The notes under the pieces: generated by a model
What the model saw: the letters and a program-made list of their open reading frames with translations, nothing else
What the model was told of the DNA's origin: nothing
Database searches by the model: none
Translations under genes and position numbers: made by a program
From: Eubacteriales bacterium
GTDB taxonomy: Bacteria > Bacillota > Clostridia > Oscillospirales > CAG-272
Assembly: GCA_045606265.1 (NCBI GenBank)
Contig: JAZURO010000032.1
Coordinates: 4,430-68,429, forward strand
DNA: 64,000 nt
Reading direction: 5' to 3'
Shown: positions 28,162 to 39,515 of the stretch, one piece after another
Layout of the letters: each line of letters begins with the position of its first letter
Numbering within the stretch: position 1 is the first letter of the stretch

Positions 28162-29790
28162 TCACAAAAGGTGAATTTTTGTTAATAATTTTACTATTAC
28201 TTTTCCCTTTGGAAACATTAAGATTTCCGACTTATCTATCGCTTTTAACTTAATTATTGCTATAAAATATATTATTGCAACAACAAGAATAACGCCTATT
28301 ATTAATAATTTTGATGCGTAAATACCTGACAAAAATACATATAGTGCTATTCCCAAGGCAACTGATAAGAATGCGGAAACAAATGGTTTGATAAATATTT
28401 TTGATACAGTGCCTATTTCTCCAGAGTTCTTTACAATAAAATATAGATTCAGAGATACTATTACAACCGTTGAAAAAAACGTGCTAATTGGCGCTCCTGC
28501 AATATTAATTTCAGGAATACCGATAAGTACAAATGAGGTTGCAATCTTAATGAACAAACCGCAAATCATACTTATTATGGGTTTGTTAACCTGTTTGTAT
28601 GCTTGTAAAACAGCATTGGTAATCGTTATCATTGATGACAAGAATATCGAAACTCCCAGCAATGACAAAAGAGGTGCCGTATATTCAATTTCTTCGCTTT
28701 GCGAGGAAAATAACAAACTTAAAATGGGTTTACTAAAAGCCGATACTCCCAAGCTGGCAGGAATAGATATCAATGCAGTTAACTTCAAAGAGGTTGAAAT
28801 GGAGGATATTTCTTTTTCCCTGTTTCTTTCTTCTATGGCTCCTGCTAACATAGGCACAAGCGGTAAAGCAACGGCACTGATTAATGTAGACGGTAGATTG
28901 TATATAGATACAGCCATTGTACTATATGAGCCATAAATAGCGTTTGCAGTGCTTTGTGAATATCCAATATCACCTAATCTCCCCAATATCATTGTCATAT
29001 CAATAACCTTATTAAGAGACAAAATCGTAGAGCTGAGAGTTATCGGTATTGCTATAACTAATAATTGCTTCAATATCTTTCCACTTGGTTCAACGGATTT
29101 TGATAGCGTATCATCCCTTGGTATTCTGATTCTGTAGAACAGCTTGTATATTCCTAAATAGAGTAAAGAAATTAATACTCCAATAGTAAGGCCTAAAACA
29201 GCAAATGAAGCTACATACGGCATTGAATAACCGCTGTTCAGAGCAATTATTGCAAACCCCAATCCAAGTAACAGCTTACCGAGGGCTTCAATTACCTGTG
29301 ATACAGCCGTGGGAAACATCAGTTGATTTCCTTGAAAATATCCCCTGATTGCACTACTTAAACAAACGAATAAAAGAGTTGGTGAAATAGCAAGAATGGA
29401 AAATGCCGCAGCATCATTATTTATCATATGGGCAAATTCTTTATGGAATATGCTCATTAATACAGTCCCTATTAGACCTAAAAGACCTAAGACTATTAAA
29501 GAAATCCTGAATATTTTTTTAATATTATTTATTCTTCTTTGTGTGCTGTTTTCGGATATCAATATTGAAATTGCAACAGGTATGCCAGTTGTTGCAATTA
29601 CAAAAAATAACGAATATATCTCATAAGCAGAGTTAAAATAGCCCATTCCCTCTGCACCGAGATATGCCATCATTGGTATTTTATAAAAAACACCGATAAT
29701 TTTAACTATAAAGGTAGAAAAAGCGAGAACAGCAACTCCTGAGAAAAACTGTTTTTCGTAGCTTTTATTATCAGTTTTTTTCATTTGCAT
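28162..29790 (-). CDS. MOP-superfamily flippase (SpoVB/YabM-like polysaccharide or lipid II flippase)
   Basis: About 14-TM protein in the yabM position upstream of mazG. GGAGG lies 8 nt before the ATG at 29790 (MQMKKTD...). Confidence 0.75.
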   Translation of the reverse strand: MQMKKTDNKSYEKQFFSGVAVLAFSTFIVKIIGVFYKIPMMAYLGAEGMGYFNSAYEIYSLFFVIATTGIPVAISILISENSTQRRINNIKKIFRISLIVLGLLGLIGTVLMSIFHKEFAHMINNDAAAFSILAISPTLLFVCLSSAIRGYFQGNQLMFPTAVSQVIEALGKLLLGLGFAIIALNSGYSMPYVASFAVLGLTIGVLISLLYLGIYKLFYRIRIPRDDTLSKSVEPSGKILKQLLVIAIPITLSSTILSLNKVIDMTMILGRLGDIGYSQSTANAIYGSYSTMAVSIYNLPSTLISAVALPLVPMLAGAIEERNREKEISSISTSLKLTALISIPASLGVSAFSKPILSLLFSSQSEEIEYTAPLLSLLGVSIFLSSMITITNAVLQAYKQVNKPIISMICGLFIKIATSFVLIGIPEINIAGAPISTFFSTVVIVSLNLYFIVKNSGEIGTVSKIFIKPFVSAFLSVALGIALYVFLSGIYASKLLIIGVILVVAIIYFIAIIKLKAIDKSEILMFPKGKVIVKLLTKIHLL

Positions 29791-29811
29791 AGTTCTCGCC
29801 TCCATTAAATA

Positions 29812-31098
29812 TTAATCAAAATAATGTTTGCAAATTTCATCAAATTCATATATTGTTTTTTCTATATCAATGGTTGTAAACTCACCGTTTTGATATAAAA
29901 TATCGCCGTCAACCATTGTAAGCAACACATTTGAAGAGTTTGCGCTATATGAAAGTGTACAATATGTATCAAAGCAAGGCTTGTTATTAATTGCATTTAG
30001 ATCAATCATAACTATATCTGCACGATTACCAACCTTCAATTTACCGCAGTCCTGTCTACCCTGTGACATAGCTCCGTTAACAGTTGCCAAATCAAGAACT
30101 TGCGAAGCTATCGTTGCTTCTGCATCACGGTTGTATCCCTTATGCAATATTGATACCAGTTGATACTCACGCATAATATCAAGGGTATTGTTTGAAGCTG
30201 CTCCGTCAGTTCCAAGAGATACGCAAACACCCTTTTCAAGCATTTTTGGAACTCTGGCAATACCGCTTCCGAGCTTCAAATTGCTTGTTGCATTGTGTGA
30301 AACAAATGCACCGCAATCACGGATGATATCCATATCGTTATCAGTTACGTAAACACAGTGTGCAAGTGTTGTGGGTGATGCAAGAACTCCTGTATCATAG
30401 AAAAATTCAATTGGGGTCTTGCCGTATTTTCGGATACATTCAAGATGCTCATTTTCACTCTCAGACGCATGTATCTGCATTCTCAAATTATTATCCTTAG
30501 TATATTCAGCTACCTCTCTTATATACTTCTCCTGATTGGTATATTCAGCGTGGATGGACATATCCATTATCAGTTTTTCATTATTTGCATTTTGATATTG
30601 ATTGATCCACTCTAGTGATTCTGCAAATCTCCAATCGCCTTTAATAGTAGCATTTTCTCCAAACGATACGAGTGAGCGAGAAAGATTCGCTTTGATACCT
30701 GTTTCGATAACCGCCTCTGCAACAGAATTTTCAAACATATACATATCGGAAAATGATACAATACCGTTTTTCAACATTTCGGCAATACCAAGCTTTGATG
30801 AAACGTAAACGTTTTCACTATTCAATCTTTCCTCGGCAGGAAATATCTTTTCGTTTAACCAACGCCAAAGAGGAAGATCTTCACCATATCCGCGGAACAT
30901 GACCATTGGCACGTGGCAATGTGAATTGTAAAAACCGGGAATCAATAAATTACCTTTACCGTCTATTTTTTTGTCATATTCCTGCGGCATATCCCTGCCA
31001 ATATACGAGATTAGATTTCCATCAGTCAAAAGAAATATATGCTCGTCTGCAAAGCCATATTCCTCAGGAATCCTTACATTTTCAAATAATATCTTCAT
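29812..31098 (-). CDS. mtaD: amidohydrolase, 5-methylthioadenosine/S-adenosylhomocysteine deaminase-like
   Basis: PGFYNSHCHVPM metal motif, HASE, GTDGAASNN and DxxxxD end motifs of the MtaD/SsnA-type amidohydrolases. Confidence 0.75.
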   Translation of the reverse strand: MKILFENVRIPEEYGFADEHIFLLTDGNLISYIGRDMPQEYDKKIDGKGNLLIPGFYNSHCHVPMVMFRGYGEDLPLWRWLNEKIFPAEERLNSENVYVSSKLGIAEMLKNGIVSFSDMYMFENSVAEAVIETGIKANLSRSLVSFGENATIKGDWRFAESLEWINQYQNANNEKLIMDMSIHAEYTNQEKYIREVAEYTKDNNLRMQIHASESENEHLECIRKYGKTPIEFFYDTGVLASPTTLAHCVYVTDNDMDIIRDCGAFVSHNATSNLKLGSGIARVPKMLEKGVCVSLGTDGAASNNTLDIMREYQLVSILHKGYNRDAEATIASQVLDLATVNGAMSQGRQDCGKLKVGNRADIVMIDLNAINNKPCFDTYCTLSYSANSSNVLLTMVDGDILYQNGEFTTIDIEKTIYEFDEICKHYFD

Positions 31099-31112
31099 AT
31101 AAATTCTCCTGT

Positions 31113-32597
31113 TTAGTGAGATTCATAAAAGTTTTTAATTTCATTAATTATAGCTGACGTGTTATGATTATCAAGATACTCATATGGGTATTTCGGATTA
31201 AAGTGTCTGATAATCTTTGTTGATGCTATATTAGCGGGATAGTATTCCACCAATTTAGTAACAGCTCCCGCACCAACAGACAGAATTGAATGTACTTCTT
31301 CCATCATGTATATGTTGTAGAGACCTTCTGTTCCTTCCAAGGCAAATCCTACGTTTTCAAAATTACCGACTGTATTCTTTTGTCTGTACATATAGTAAGG
31401 AACATATCCTGCCGCTTGCGCACGAAGCTGTGAATAGTCAACACATTTTCCAACGTCACCACCGCGAATAGAATAAATATTCTGATTCTGAGATAAAATA
31501 TCTGCTGCCTTCTTAACACAAAACGTATGTACAGTTATATTTTCAGGTTCAAGAGCAATTATCTTATCAAACGTTGATGAAAAATACTTAAAATTATCAC
31601 CGGGCAATCCTGCAATAAGGTCTGTATTAATGCACTTGATTCCCGAATTTTTGGCTAATTCAAAAGCACGGTAAAATTCTTCAATACTATGGCTTCTTCC
31701 AATTGATTTAACAACTTGCTCGTTTAATGATTGGGGATTAACACTGACTCTTGTTATACCATAGCGCTTAGATACAGATAGCTTTTCAGCAGTTATTGTA
31801 TCCGGACGTCCTCCCTCTAAAGTAAATTCTTCAAGAGAATTAACATCTATTTTGCTATCAATGAGCGAAAGCAATTTTTCAAGCTGCGTTTCGGTCAAAA
31901 TAGTAGGAGTTCCACCACCAATATATATGGTTTTCAAATTCAATCCCAACTCATTGATCGTGTCAAGCAATACTTCAAGCTCATTACAAAGCTTATCAAG
32001 ATAAGCAGGTATCAACGAGAGGAGTTTAGGGGTGGTATAAGAAACAAATGAGCAGTATGAGCAACGTGAAGGACAAAAAGGAATTGAGATATACACGCTG
32101 CAATCACGAATATCCGGATTTCCCATTATTTTTTGCTCTCTGCGTGCAATATCTGTCGCTAATGCTGCTTTTTTGGGAATAACAAAATAATCGTTATTCA
32201 GAATTTTTCTGACCTTTGCCTTAGTATTACCGTTCAAAAGCATCTCCATTGCTACCTTGGATGGTCTGACACCGGTAAGCATTCCCCACGAAGGCCTATA
32301 ACCGAGCATTTCACTTCCAACAGCAAGAACAACATTACCAGCCGCAATCTTCGCAGTTCTTTGTTTGGTTACGTCAGGAGCATAATCAACAGTTTTTTCC
32401 GATTCAGCCACTTTACCGTTGTAAGTTAATGTAGCTTTGGCATAACAACCGGTATCATTGCTCTTAACAAAAACATCCATTACCGGTGTATCTTCATCTA
32501 TTTCTTGATCCCTTGAAAATTTTTCACCGGGAAAAAATATCATGCATAATGTTTGCACATAAAATGCATTTATATCTCCATTTACCGTTAGTTTCAT
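31113..32597 (-). CDS. hemZ: radical SAM coproporphyrinogen-dehydrogenase-like protein (HemZ type)
   Basis: IPFCPSRCSYCSF radical-SAM cluster motif, HemN-like core and a long N-terminal extension as in HemZ. Confidence 0.75.
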   Translation of the reverse strand: MKLTVNGDINAFYVQTLCMIFFPGEKFSRDQEIDEDTPVMDVFVKSNDTGCYAKATLTYNGKVAESEKTVDYAPDVTKQRTAKIAAGNVVLAVGSEMLGYRPSWGMLTGVRPSKVAMEMLLNGNTKAKVRKILNNDYFVIPKKAALATDIARREQKIMGNPDIRDCSVYISIPFCPSRCSYCSFVSYTTPKLLSLIPAYLDKLCNELEVLLDTINELGLNLKTIYIGGGTPTILTETQLEKLLSLIDSKIDVNSLEEFTLEGGRPDTITAEKLSVSKRYGITRVSVNPQSLNEQVVKSIGRSHSIEEFYRAFELAKNSGIKCINTDLIAGLPGDNFKYFSSTFDKIIALEPENITVHTFCVKKAADILSQNQNIYSIRGGDVGKCVDYSQLRAQAAGYVPYYMYRQKNTVGNFENVGFALEGTEGLYNIYMMEEVHSILSVGAGAVTKLVEYYPANIASTKIIRHFNPKYPYEYLDNHNTSAIINEIKNFYESH

Positions 32598-32612
32598 TAA
32601 CTTTCTCCTAAA

Positions 32613-33062
32613 TCATTTAAGTAGATTACTATCCATAACTATTGTAACAGGACCATCGTTCAATATGCTAACTTGCATATCTGCCCCGAACACTCCAGTG
32701 CCAACGTGTTTAACCTCAGCACGCATTAAATCAACAAAATATTCATAAAGAGGAATAGCAATCGTGGGCTCAGCGGCGCCAAAGTAATCGGGTCTATTCC
32801 CTTTTTTATAATTTGCAAGTAAAGTAAATTGAGATACCACAAGCAACTCACCGTCAACATCCTTAATTGACAAATTCATTTTTCCATACTCATCACTGAA
32901 TATTCTCAATTTAGATATTTTTGCAGCAAGCAATCTTGCATCTTCTTCCGTGTCACCTTTGGCAACACCGAGAAGTATCATCAAACCACAAGAACATTCA
33001 CCGTGAATATTACCTCCTATTGAAACACTTGCATTCTTAACTCTTTGGATAACAGCAATCAT
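32613..33062 (-). CDS. dtd: D-aminoacyl-tRNA deacylase
   Basis: MIAVIQRV...VSQFTL...GNRP...NDGPVT motifs; 149 aa. Confidence 0.95.
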   Translation of the reverse strand: MIAVIQRVKNASVSIGGNIHGECSCGLMILLGVAKGDTEEDARLLAAKISKLRIFSDEYGKMNLSIKDVDGELLVVSQFTLLANYKKGNRPDYFGAAEPTIAIPLYEYFVDLMRAEVKHVGTGVFGADMQVSILNDGPVTIVMDSNLLK

Positions 33063-33072
33063 AAAAAACCTC

Positions 33073-35280
33073 TTAATTCAAAAATCCACGTGAAACGTCA
33101 TAAATGCCTGGAATTGAACGCAATCTTGATACAATGGAATTATAGTGATCAGTATTCTTGCATCCAACCTTGAGAGTAACGAGTGAACCTCCGGATGAAG
33201 TTTGCACGTTAATCTGAAGAATATCTACCCTCATATCTGCCAATGCCACTGAAATATCAGCAAGCATACCAATTCTGTCATCAACTCTGATTTGAAGATT
33301 TGCTTCAAACAAGCTGCGTTTTGCACCCGAATCCTCATCCCATGATGCACTTACCCAACGATCATAATAGTCGGGATTATTCTTACCGTTGATAACATTC
33401 GGACAATCGCATTTATGAATAGAAATTCCATATCCCTTGGTGATAAATCCAATGACACTGTCTCCCGGCAAGGGATTACAACATTTTGCAAATTTAACAC
33501 TGCAACCGGTTTCGCCATCAACGATAATTCCACTGTTGGATCTGATCTTTTTGGGCTTTGCCGTAACCATATTCTCTTCAGTGACAACAGGTGGCGGCTC
33601 AGCCGGTGAAACCATTTTGGCAACCTCATCAACGATCTTATTGCGCACCTTTGAAATCGGGAGCCCCCCGTATCCAATGGTATTATATAGGTCGTCCGCT
33701 GTTGAGAAACCGTTTCTTACAGCCACGTTTTCAACTGCCTCGGTTCGGGTAGCTTCATTAACAACGAATCCCGCTTTTTTGATTTCGCCTTCAATCATTG
33801 ATCGACCGAGAATAATATTGTCAGCTCTTTTTTCTTTCTTAAACCATTGACGTATTCTATTCTTGGCATCACTTGTCGCAACTATTTTCAGCCAGTCACG
33901 GCTCGGTCCCTTTGAAGCAGCTGAGGTAAGAATTTCAACAATTTCACCGTTTTGCAAAACACGGTCAATGGGTACAATCATACCGTTAATTTTAGCACCG
34001 ATCATCTTATTACCCACGGCGCTGTGAATTGCATAGGCAAAGTCAATTACAGTTGCACCTTGCGGGAGTGCCATGACATCACCTTTGGGAGTAAACACGA
34101 AGGTTTCATCACGGAATATATCGATTTTAAGCGCTTGCATAAATTCCTCGGGATCCCTTGTTTCGTCCTCGGTTTCCAAAAGCTTTGAAATCCATTCAAG
34201 CTTCTTATCAATCTCTTCCTTGGATTTTTCGCCCGACTTATATTTCCAATGGGCAGCAACACCGTATTCAGCAATATGATGCATTTCCCAAGTTCTTATT
34301 TGAACCTCAAAAGGTATTCCGTATTTGCCGATAACCGTGGTATGCAACGAACGGTACATATTGGGTTTGGGTGTGGAAATATAGTCCTTAAACCTACCCG
34401 GTACAGAATTAAACATTTCGTGAATAAGACCGAGAGCCGTGTAACAGTCAAGCTCTGAATCCACGATAATTCTGAGTGCATAAAAGTCGAATATCTCATC
34501 AAAACTCTTGTTTTGATTATACATCTTTTTGTATATACTGTAAACCGTTTTAATTCGGCCTTCAAGAGTGAATTTAATGTTATTTTCCCTGAGCTTATTA
34601 TCAACCAATACACGCACGTCCTCAATAAAATGAAGACTCTGACCGTACTTGCGCTCTATATTTATTTTTACCTCATCATAACCAATGGGGTCAATATACT
34701 TTAAGCCAAGATTTTCAAGCTCTTGCTTGATCTTTTGCATACCGAGACGGTGAGCTAGAGGCGCATAAACCTGCATTGTTTCAAGAGCTGTAATTCTTCT
34801 CTTGGAATCGGGCTTAGCGTCAAGAGTTCTCATATTATGAAGACGATCACAGAGCTTGATAAATATTACTCTTACATCCTTAGACATAGCAAGAAGCATT
34901 TTTCTGAGTGTTTCAATATGTGCCTCTTCCTTATCTTCAACTTTCAAAGTAACAATTTTCGTCAATCCGTCAACAAGCATTGACACGTCTTGCCCGAACA
35001 GTTTTTCTATTTCTTTCAAATCTGTTTTTTCAGCACAGTCCTCTACCGTATCGTGCAATAATGCGGCACAAATGGAATCGGTGTCAAGCTCAAGACCTGC
35101 AACAATTTCCGCAACGGCGATCGGGTGCGATATATACGCTTCTCCACTGGCTCTGAATTGACCTTCATGAAGAGTACGTGCATATTCGTATGCTCTATTT
35201 ATTTTTTCGATATCATATTTCTTACCCGTTGCTTTAAGCATGGTAATAAGTTTCGTGATATCATTATGTGTAGTGGACAT
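33073..35280 (-). CDS. relA: bifunctional (p)ppGpp synthetase/hydrolase (RelA/SpoT homologue)
   Basis: HD domain (HPIAVA...LLHDTVED), synthetase motif (YRSLHTTV, EVQIRT), TGS and ACT regions. The ATG at 35280 has GGAG 6 nt upstream. Confidence 0.95.
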   Translation of the reverse strand: MSTTHNDITKLITMLKATGKKYDIEKINRAYEYARTLHEGQFRASGEAYISHPIAVAEIVAGLELDTDSICAALLHDTVEDCAEKTDLKEIEKLFGQDVSMLVDGLTKIVTLKVEDKEEAHIETLRKMLLAMSKDVRVIFIKLCDRLHNMRTLDAKPDSKRRITALETMQVYAPLAHRLGMQKIKQELENLGLKYIDPIGYDEVKINIERKYGQSLHFIEDVRVLVDNKLRENNIKFTLEGRIKTVYSIYKKMYNQNKSFDEIFDFYALRIIVDSELDCYTALGLIHEMFNSVPGRFKDYISTPKPNMYRSLHTTVIGKYGIPFEVQIRTWEMHHIAEYGVAAHWKYKSGEKSKEEIDKKLEWISKLLETEDETRDPEEFMQALKIDIFRDETFVFTPKGDVMALPQGATVIDFAYAIHSAVGNKMIGAKINGMIVPIDRVLQNGEIVEILTSAASKGPSRDWLKIVATSDAKNRIRQWFKKEKRADNIILGRSMIEGEIKKAGFVVNEATRTEAVENVAVRNGFSTADDLYNTIGYGGLPISKVRNKIVDEVAKMVSPAEPPPVVTEENMVTAKPKKIRSNSGIIVDGETGCSVKFAKCCNPLPGDSVIGFITKGYGISIHKCDCPNVINGKNNPDYYDRWVSASWDEDSGAKRSLFEANLQIRVDDRIGMLADISVALADMRVDILQINVQTSSGGSLVTLKVGCKNTDHYNSIVSRLRSIPGIYDVSRGFLN

Positions 35281-35281
35281 A

Positions 35282-37495
35282 TTAGTCTCCATAATTCTTA
35301 ATACATTGATTTCTTATTTTTCTAAGTATAGAAGATTTTTCTATATTGGTTTTTTCCGGGTGGAAATATATCTCGTACTGATAAATACCGGGACTAACTT
35401 CCTCGACAGTACATATATTAATTTCGTTCATAACTTCCAAAATTATTTTGAGTTTTGCAAGTCTGATATTAACGCCCTTCATTCGTGACAATTTGTGATA
35501 TATATCGATTTCACTCATCATATCATTTCCAAGGCGATATTCAGCTCTAAGCAAGGAATAAACTGAAATAAAATCCTCTCTCGTTGGGAGTATCCCATCG
35601 TTTTCGGTATATTTTTCTCCAAGTCTGATGGAAGAATATATTGATTTCTCATTGGCAAAATAATTTACGTAATCATCCGAAAGCTTAATATCCTGCACTA
35701 TCATCTGAACGCTCTCGATGTTATTAAAATTATTTATATCAAGTGTAAACAGTACATCTACCACATCATTTTCTTTAATTTTCAGATTAAGATACGATTT
35801 TTGGAACATAATGGCACTTATAGTTTGTCCATCTTTTTCCAAAACAAACTTTGAATGATTTCCGCTTCCGATAAGTGTTGCCCTTTGAACAGTAAGCCCT
35901 CTGCAAATGAAATTGGGTGTGGGGTTCATATTACCAAACGGTTCTAACATAGAGATTTCATTAACCAACGGAATTGTCATATCAGATAAATTAAGCTCTC
36001 TATCCGCTTCTATTTTCAAGTAAAGATCCTCTTCTCTAAGCTTTTGATTTGCATAATCATTAATGCTTTTACGAAAAGCAGGAATATCCTTTCTTCTGAT
36101 TGACAATCCCGCAGCCAATTCATGACCTCCGAATTTTACAAGTAAATCCTGCGAATCAGATAAAGCATCAACCAGATTGAATCCCTTTATGCTTCTTCCT
36201 GAGCCCTTGCCAACATCAAGATTACTTTTTTCTCCGTACGAGGCACCATCAAATGAAATCAAAATAGATGGCAAACCATACTTGTCAGTTATTCTGGAAG
36301 AAACTATTCCTATAACTCCCTGCAACCATTCATCATCGTCAACGACTATTACTTTTTGGGAATTGATGTCAAGATCTTTTTCTATCTTTCTATATGCCTC
36401 TTCGGCAATTTTATTCTCCTCAATTTGTCTTTGATAATTGATTTCACAAAGCTCATAAGCCAATCTTTCAGCAGTATCTTGATCGTCAGCCAATAAAAGC
36501 TCAACAGCTTTGGTAGCACTGCTCATTCTTCCTGCAGCATTAATACGAGGTCCTATTGTAAATCCTATATAGGTGGAATTAATCTTCCTTGGCTTACTTC
36601 GCTTGTTTGGATTGTCAACAACAGGTCTGACATTTGGATTAGGTCCCCAGCTTGCAGCTTCCATAAGAGCTTTTATTCCCAATCTGTTCGATTTTTCAAG
36701 CATAGCTAATCCGAATTTAACAATAATTCTATTTTCATCAACAATCGGCATAACATCAGCAATCGTACCTATTGCAGCCAGATCCGCAAATCTATAATAG
36801 ATAGATTTTACCGCCTCAGCTTCTCTTTCTTGCCCATAGAAATTTATAATTTCAAATGCGCATATCACCTTAAAGATAACGCCAACGCCAGCCAAAGATT
36901 TGAATGGATAGGCACAATCATCTCTGTGTGGATTTACAACCGCTACAGCATCGGGAAGCTGTTCCTGACATTCATGGTGGTCAGTTACTATAACATCAAT
37001 ACCAAGGGATGATGCATATTCTACTTCCTTTACAGCAGTTACGCCTGTATCAACCGTAATTATCAAAGATACATCATAAGATGCAAGTATATCTATCGCT
37101 CCGGTTGAAAGACCATACCCCTCACCAATTCTATCGGGAATATAGTAACTAACCTGAGCGCCAAGACCCTTCAAATACAAATAAAGCATAGTTACGGATG
37201 TTACGCCATCGACATCATAGTCACCGTAAATAACAATTCTCTCGTTATTTTCAAGCGCAAATTGAAGTCTTTCAACTGCTTTTTCTACATCTTTAAGTAA
37301 CAATGGCGAATGCATAACAACGTCACTGAAATTCAAAAACATAGCCGCTTCTTCTGGTGATTTATATCCGCGGTTATATATCAAAGATGCGCAAATCTCG
37401 GACACATTATTCTTTTTGGCAATATCTGCAACAATGGTTTTGCTCTCATCGTTTTCTGAAAATTTCGATGACCAAACGGTCTTTCTCTTGTTCAT
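35282..37495 (-). CDS. recJ: single-stranded-DNA-specific exonuclease RecJ
   Basis: DHH motifs (YGDYDVDGVTS, TVDTG, VTDHH) and DHHA1 GGHELAAG. Confidence 0.95.
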   Translation of the reverse strand: MNKRKTVWSSKFSENDESKTIVADIAKKNNVSEICASLIYNRGYKSPEEAAMFLNFSDVVMHSPLLLKDVEKAVERLQFALENNERIVIYGDYDVDGVTSVTMLYLYLKGLGAQVSYYIPDRIGEGYGLSTGAIDILASYDVSLIITVDTGVTAVKEVEYASSLGIDVIVTDHHECQEQLPDAVAVVNPHRDDCAYPFKSLAGVGVIFKVICAFEIINFYGQEREAEAVKSIYYRFADLAAIGTIADVMPIVDENRIIVKFGLAMLEKSNRLGIKALMEAASWGPNPNVRPVVDNPNKRSKPRKINSTYIGFTIGPRINAAGRMSSATKAVELLLADDQDTAERLAYELCEINYQRQIEENKIAEEAYRKIEKDLDINSQKVIVVDDDEWLQGVIGIVSSRITDKYGLPSILISFDGASYGEKSNLDVGKGSGRSIKGFNLVDALSDSQDLLVKFGGHELAAGLSIRRKDIPAFRKSINDYANQKLREEDLYLKIEADRELNLSDMTIPLVNEISMLEPFGNMNPTPNFICRGLTVQRATLIGSGNHSKFVLEKDGQTISAIMFQKSYLNLKIKENDVVDVLFTLDINNFNNIESVQMIVQDIKLSDDYVNYFANEKSIYSSIRLGEKYTENDGILPTREDFISVYSLLRAEYRLGNDMMSEIDIYHKLSRMKGVNIRLAKLKIILEVMNEINICTVEEVSPGIYQYEIYFHPEKTNIEKSSILRKIRNQCIKNYGD

Positions 37496-37515
37496 TGCGC
37501 ACCTCCTTTTATGTT

Positions 37516-39108
37516 TTAATTATTTATTGGTTTATATTTTTTTATTATTTCGATTGCAACTTTAATTCCGTCAACTGCCGAACTCATTATTCCACCGGCA
37601 TAACCTGCTCCTTCGCCGCAAGGATAAACAAAAGACTGATTTATTGCAGTCATTTTTTCATTTCTCATAATTCTGATAGGTGCTGATGTGCGAGTTTCAA
37701 TACCTGTCAATACAGCATCATCTACAGCAAATCCATTTATCCTTTTGTCAAATGAGTAAAATCCTTCTTTAAGTCTTTGCGTAACAAAGGCAGGCAGAAT
37801 TGAGCCGAGATTGGTTACAGTAGTTTTTGCCCCGCCTGCATAAGTTGGCAAAATTCTTGACGGATAGCTGTTAACTTTGTCATCAAGAAAATCTCCCATA
37901 AGCTGAATTGGAGCATTGTAGTTGCGTCCGCCCGCTTCAAATGCCTTTTTTTCAAGTGATTCTTGAAACTCAATTGCTTTATAAGGATCATTTCCATAAT
38001 CTAATTTATCCACTGTAACATTCACAGCACAGTTAGCATTCTCACCGTCACGGGCGAATTTGCTCATTCCATTAACGCAGACACCATTTGCCATAGAGGT
38101 TGCCGGAACGACCTCACCACCAGGACACATGCAGAAAGTATATACACCCCTTCCCTTTGTATCGGAAAGGTTATACTCCCCAGGACCAAGCTTAGGGTGA
38201 CCTGCATATTTACCGTACAGAGCATTGTCAATATCCTTTTGCAAATGTTCGACACGAACACCAACAGAAAAAGCTTTGGGCTCAATAATAAAATTATGTC
38301 GCAGCAGAGCTCTGTAAGTATCTCTTGCACTATGACCAAGCGCCAAAACCAATGCATTGGTTTTGAAAATGCCCTTGGTTGTAATTGTTTCTACATAATC
38401 CGATGCAGAATTGATATCATCCATTCTGCATCTATAAATAACAGTACCGCCTAATTGTTCTATTCTATCCAGGATATTCCGGACAACAACAGTCAAAATA
38501 TCGGTTCCAATATGGGGTTTAGATTTAGTTAATATCTCGCTTGGTGCACCAAACTCAACAAATCTTGTCAGGACGTAATTACACATACTGTCATTAATTC
38601 GTGTAGTCAATTTACCATCTGAAAAGGTTCCTGCACCGCCCGCACCAAACTGAATATTGGATTCAACATCAAGTTGACCCTTGGATATAAACTTTTCAAG
38701 TGCCTTGGTACGATCTGCAATAGAATCTCCGCGATCAATAATAATTGGCGAATATCCGTTTTCTGCCAACACAAGTGCACAAAACATTCCCGCAGGTCCC
38801 ATACCAACCACTATTGGCCTGCTATACAGAACTTCGTTTCCAAATTCGAAGTCCAATTTGTGACCTTCAAATATTCTGATATTATTGGTCGGCGATACGT
38901 CAATGTTGTCAGAAGAAGTTGCCAAAACCGAATACACAAGTAAAATACGATTATTATTTCGTGCATCTATGGATTTTTTGAAAACAGAAAACTCAAAATC
39001 TCGAATATTGATATGTTGACTTTTTAATGTCTTTTTAGCAATATTTATTGCAGTTTTCTCATCATCTTCCAAAGCAATTTTAATGTTAGTTATTAATAAT
39101 TGCGTCAT
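37516..39108 (-). CDS. FAD-dependent protein of the COG2509-type uncharacterised dehydrogenase family
   Basis: VVGMGPAGMFCALVLAENG dinucleotide motif, GAGGAGTFSDGKL, C-terminal GEGAGYAGGI; ATGA overlap with the upstream gene. Confidence 0.7.
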   Translation of the reverse strand: MTQLLITNIKIALEDDEKTAINIAKKTLKSQHINIRDFEFSVFKKSIDARNNNRILLVYSVLATSSDNIDVSPTNNIRIFEGHKLDFEFGNEVLYSRPIVVGMGPAGMFCALVLAENGYSPIIIDRGDSIADRTKALEKFISKGQLDVESNIQFGAGGAGTFSDGKLTTRINDSMCNYVLTRFVEFGAPSEILTKSKPHIGTDILTVVVRNILDRIEQLGGTVIYRCRMDDINSASDYVETITTKGIFKTNALVLALGHSARDTYRALLRHNFIIEPKAFSVGVRVEHLQKDIDNALYGKYAGHPKLGPGEYNLSDTKGRGVYTFCMCPGGEVVPATSMANGVCVNGMSKFARDGENANCAVNVTVDKLDYGNDPYKAIEFQESLEKKAFEAGGRNYNAPIQLMGDFLDDKVNSYPSRILPTYAGGAKTTVTNLGSILPAFVTQRLKEGFYSFDKRINGFAVDDAVLTGIETRTSAPIRIMRNEKMTAINQSFVYPCGEGAGYAGGIMSSAVDGIKVAIEIIKKYKPINN

Positions 39109-39515
39109 TTTGTGTTGTTTCTTAGCTCAACTTCGATTTCATTATTATGGCTATATACATCTTCGGGTAAATCAATTTCAATCGTTATTTTGTTTGCACC
39201 GTTACTGAAACTGCCTGCATCCACATTAACCGTAATTTCACTTATATTCGACAATTTGGATTCTTCACCGTAAATAACGATCTTAGTTGGATTTGATACA
39301 ACGCTACCATCACCCTCGTAAACCAAATAAACGTCAACATCTTTTTGAATTATGGGATCATCAATATAGTTTGCGTAACACCACATTGTAAAAGCAAAGG
39401 CAAGGCAACCAAGAAAAATTAAAAGTTCATACTTTTTGAATCTCTTACTGTGCTTATTGTTTGTTTCGGCATATTCAACTTCGTTTTCAACTACTTCATT
39501 AAGCTCTGTATTCAT
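39105..39515 (-). CDS. short YbbR-domain protein (CdaR-like, single repeat)
   Basis: N-terminal TM followed by one YbbR-like beta repeat; ATGA overlap with cdaA; 136 aa. Confidence 0.6.
   Translation of the reverse strand: MNTELNEVVENEVEYAETNNKHSKRFKKYELLIFLGCLAFAFTMWCYANYIDDPIIQKDVDVYLVYEGDGSVVSNPTKIVIYGEESKLSNISEITVNVDAGSFSNGANKITIEIDLPEDVYSHNNEIEVELRNNTK

Noticed and set aside
28388-28936. 182-aa ORF antisense to the SpoVB-like flippase gene
   Set aside because: This is a mirror-frame artefact of a hydrophobic membrane-protein gene, with no start context.
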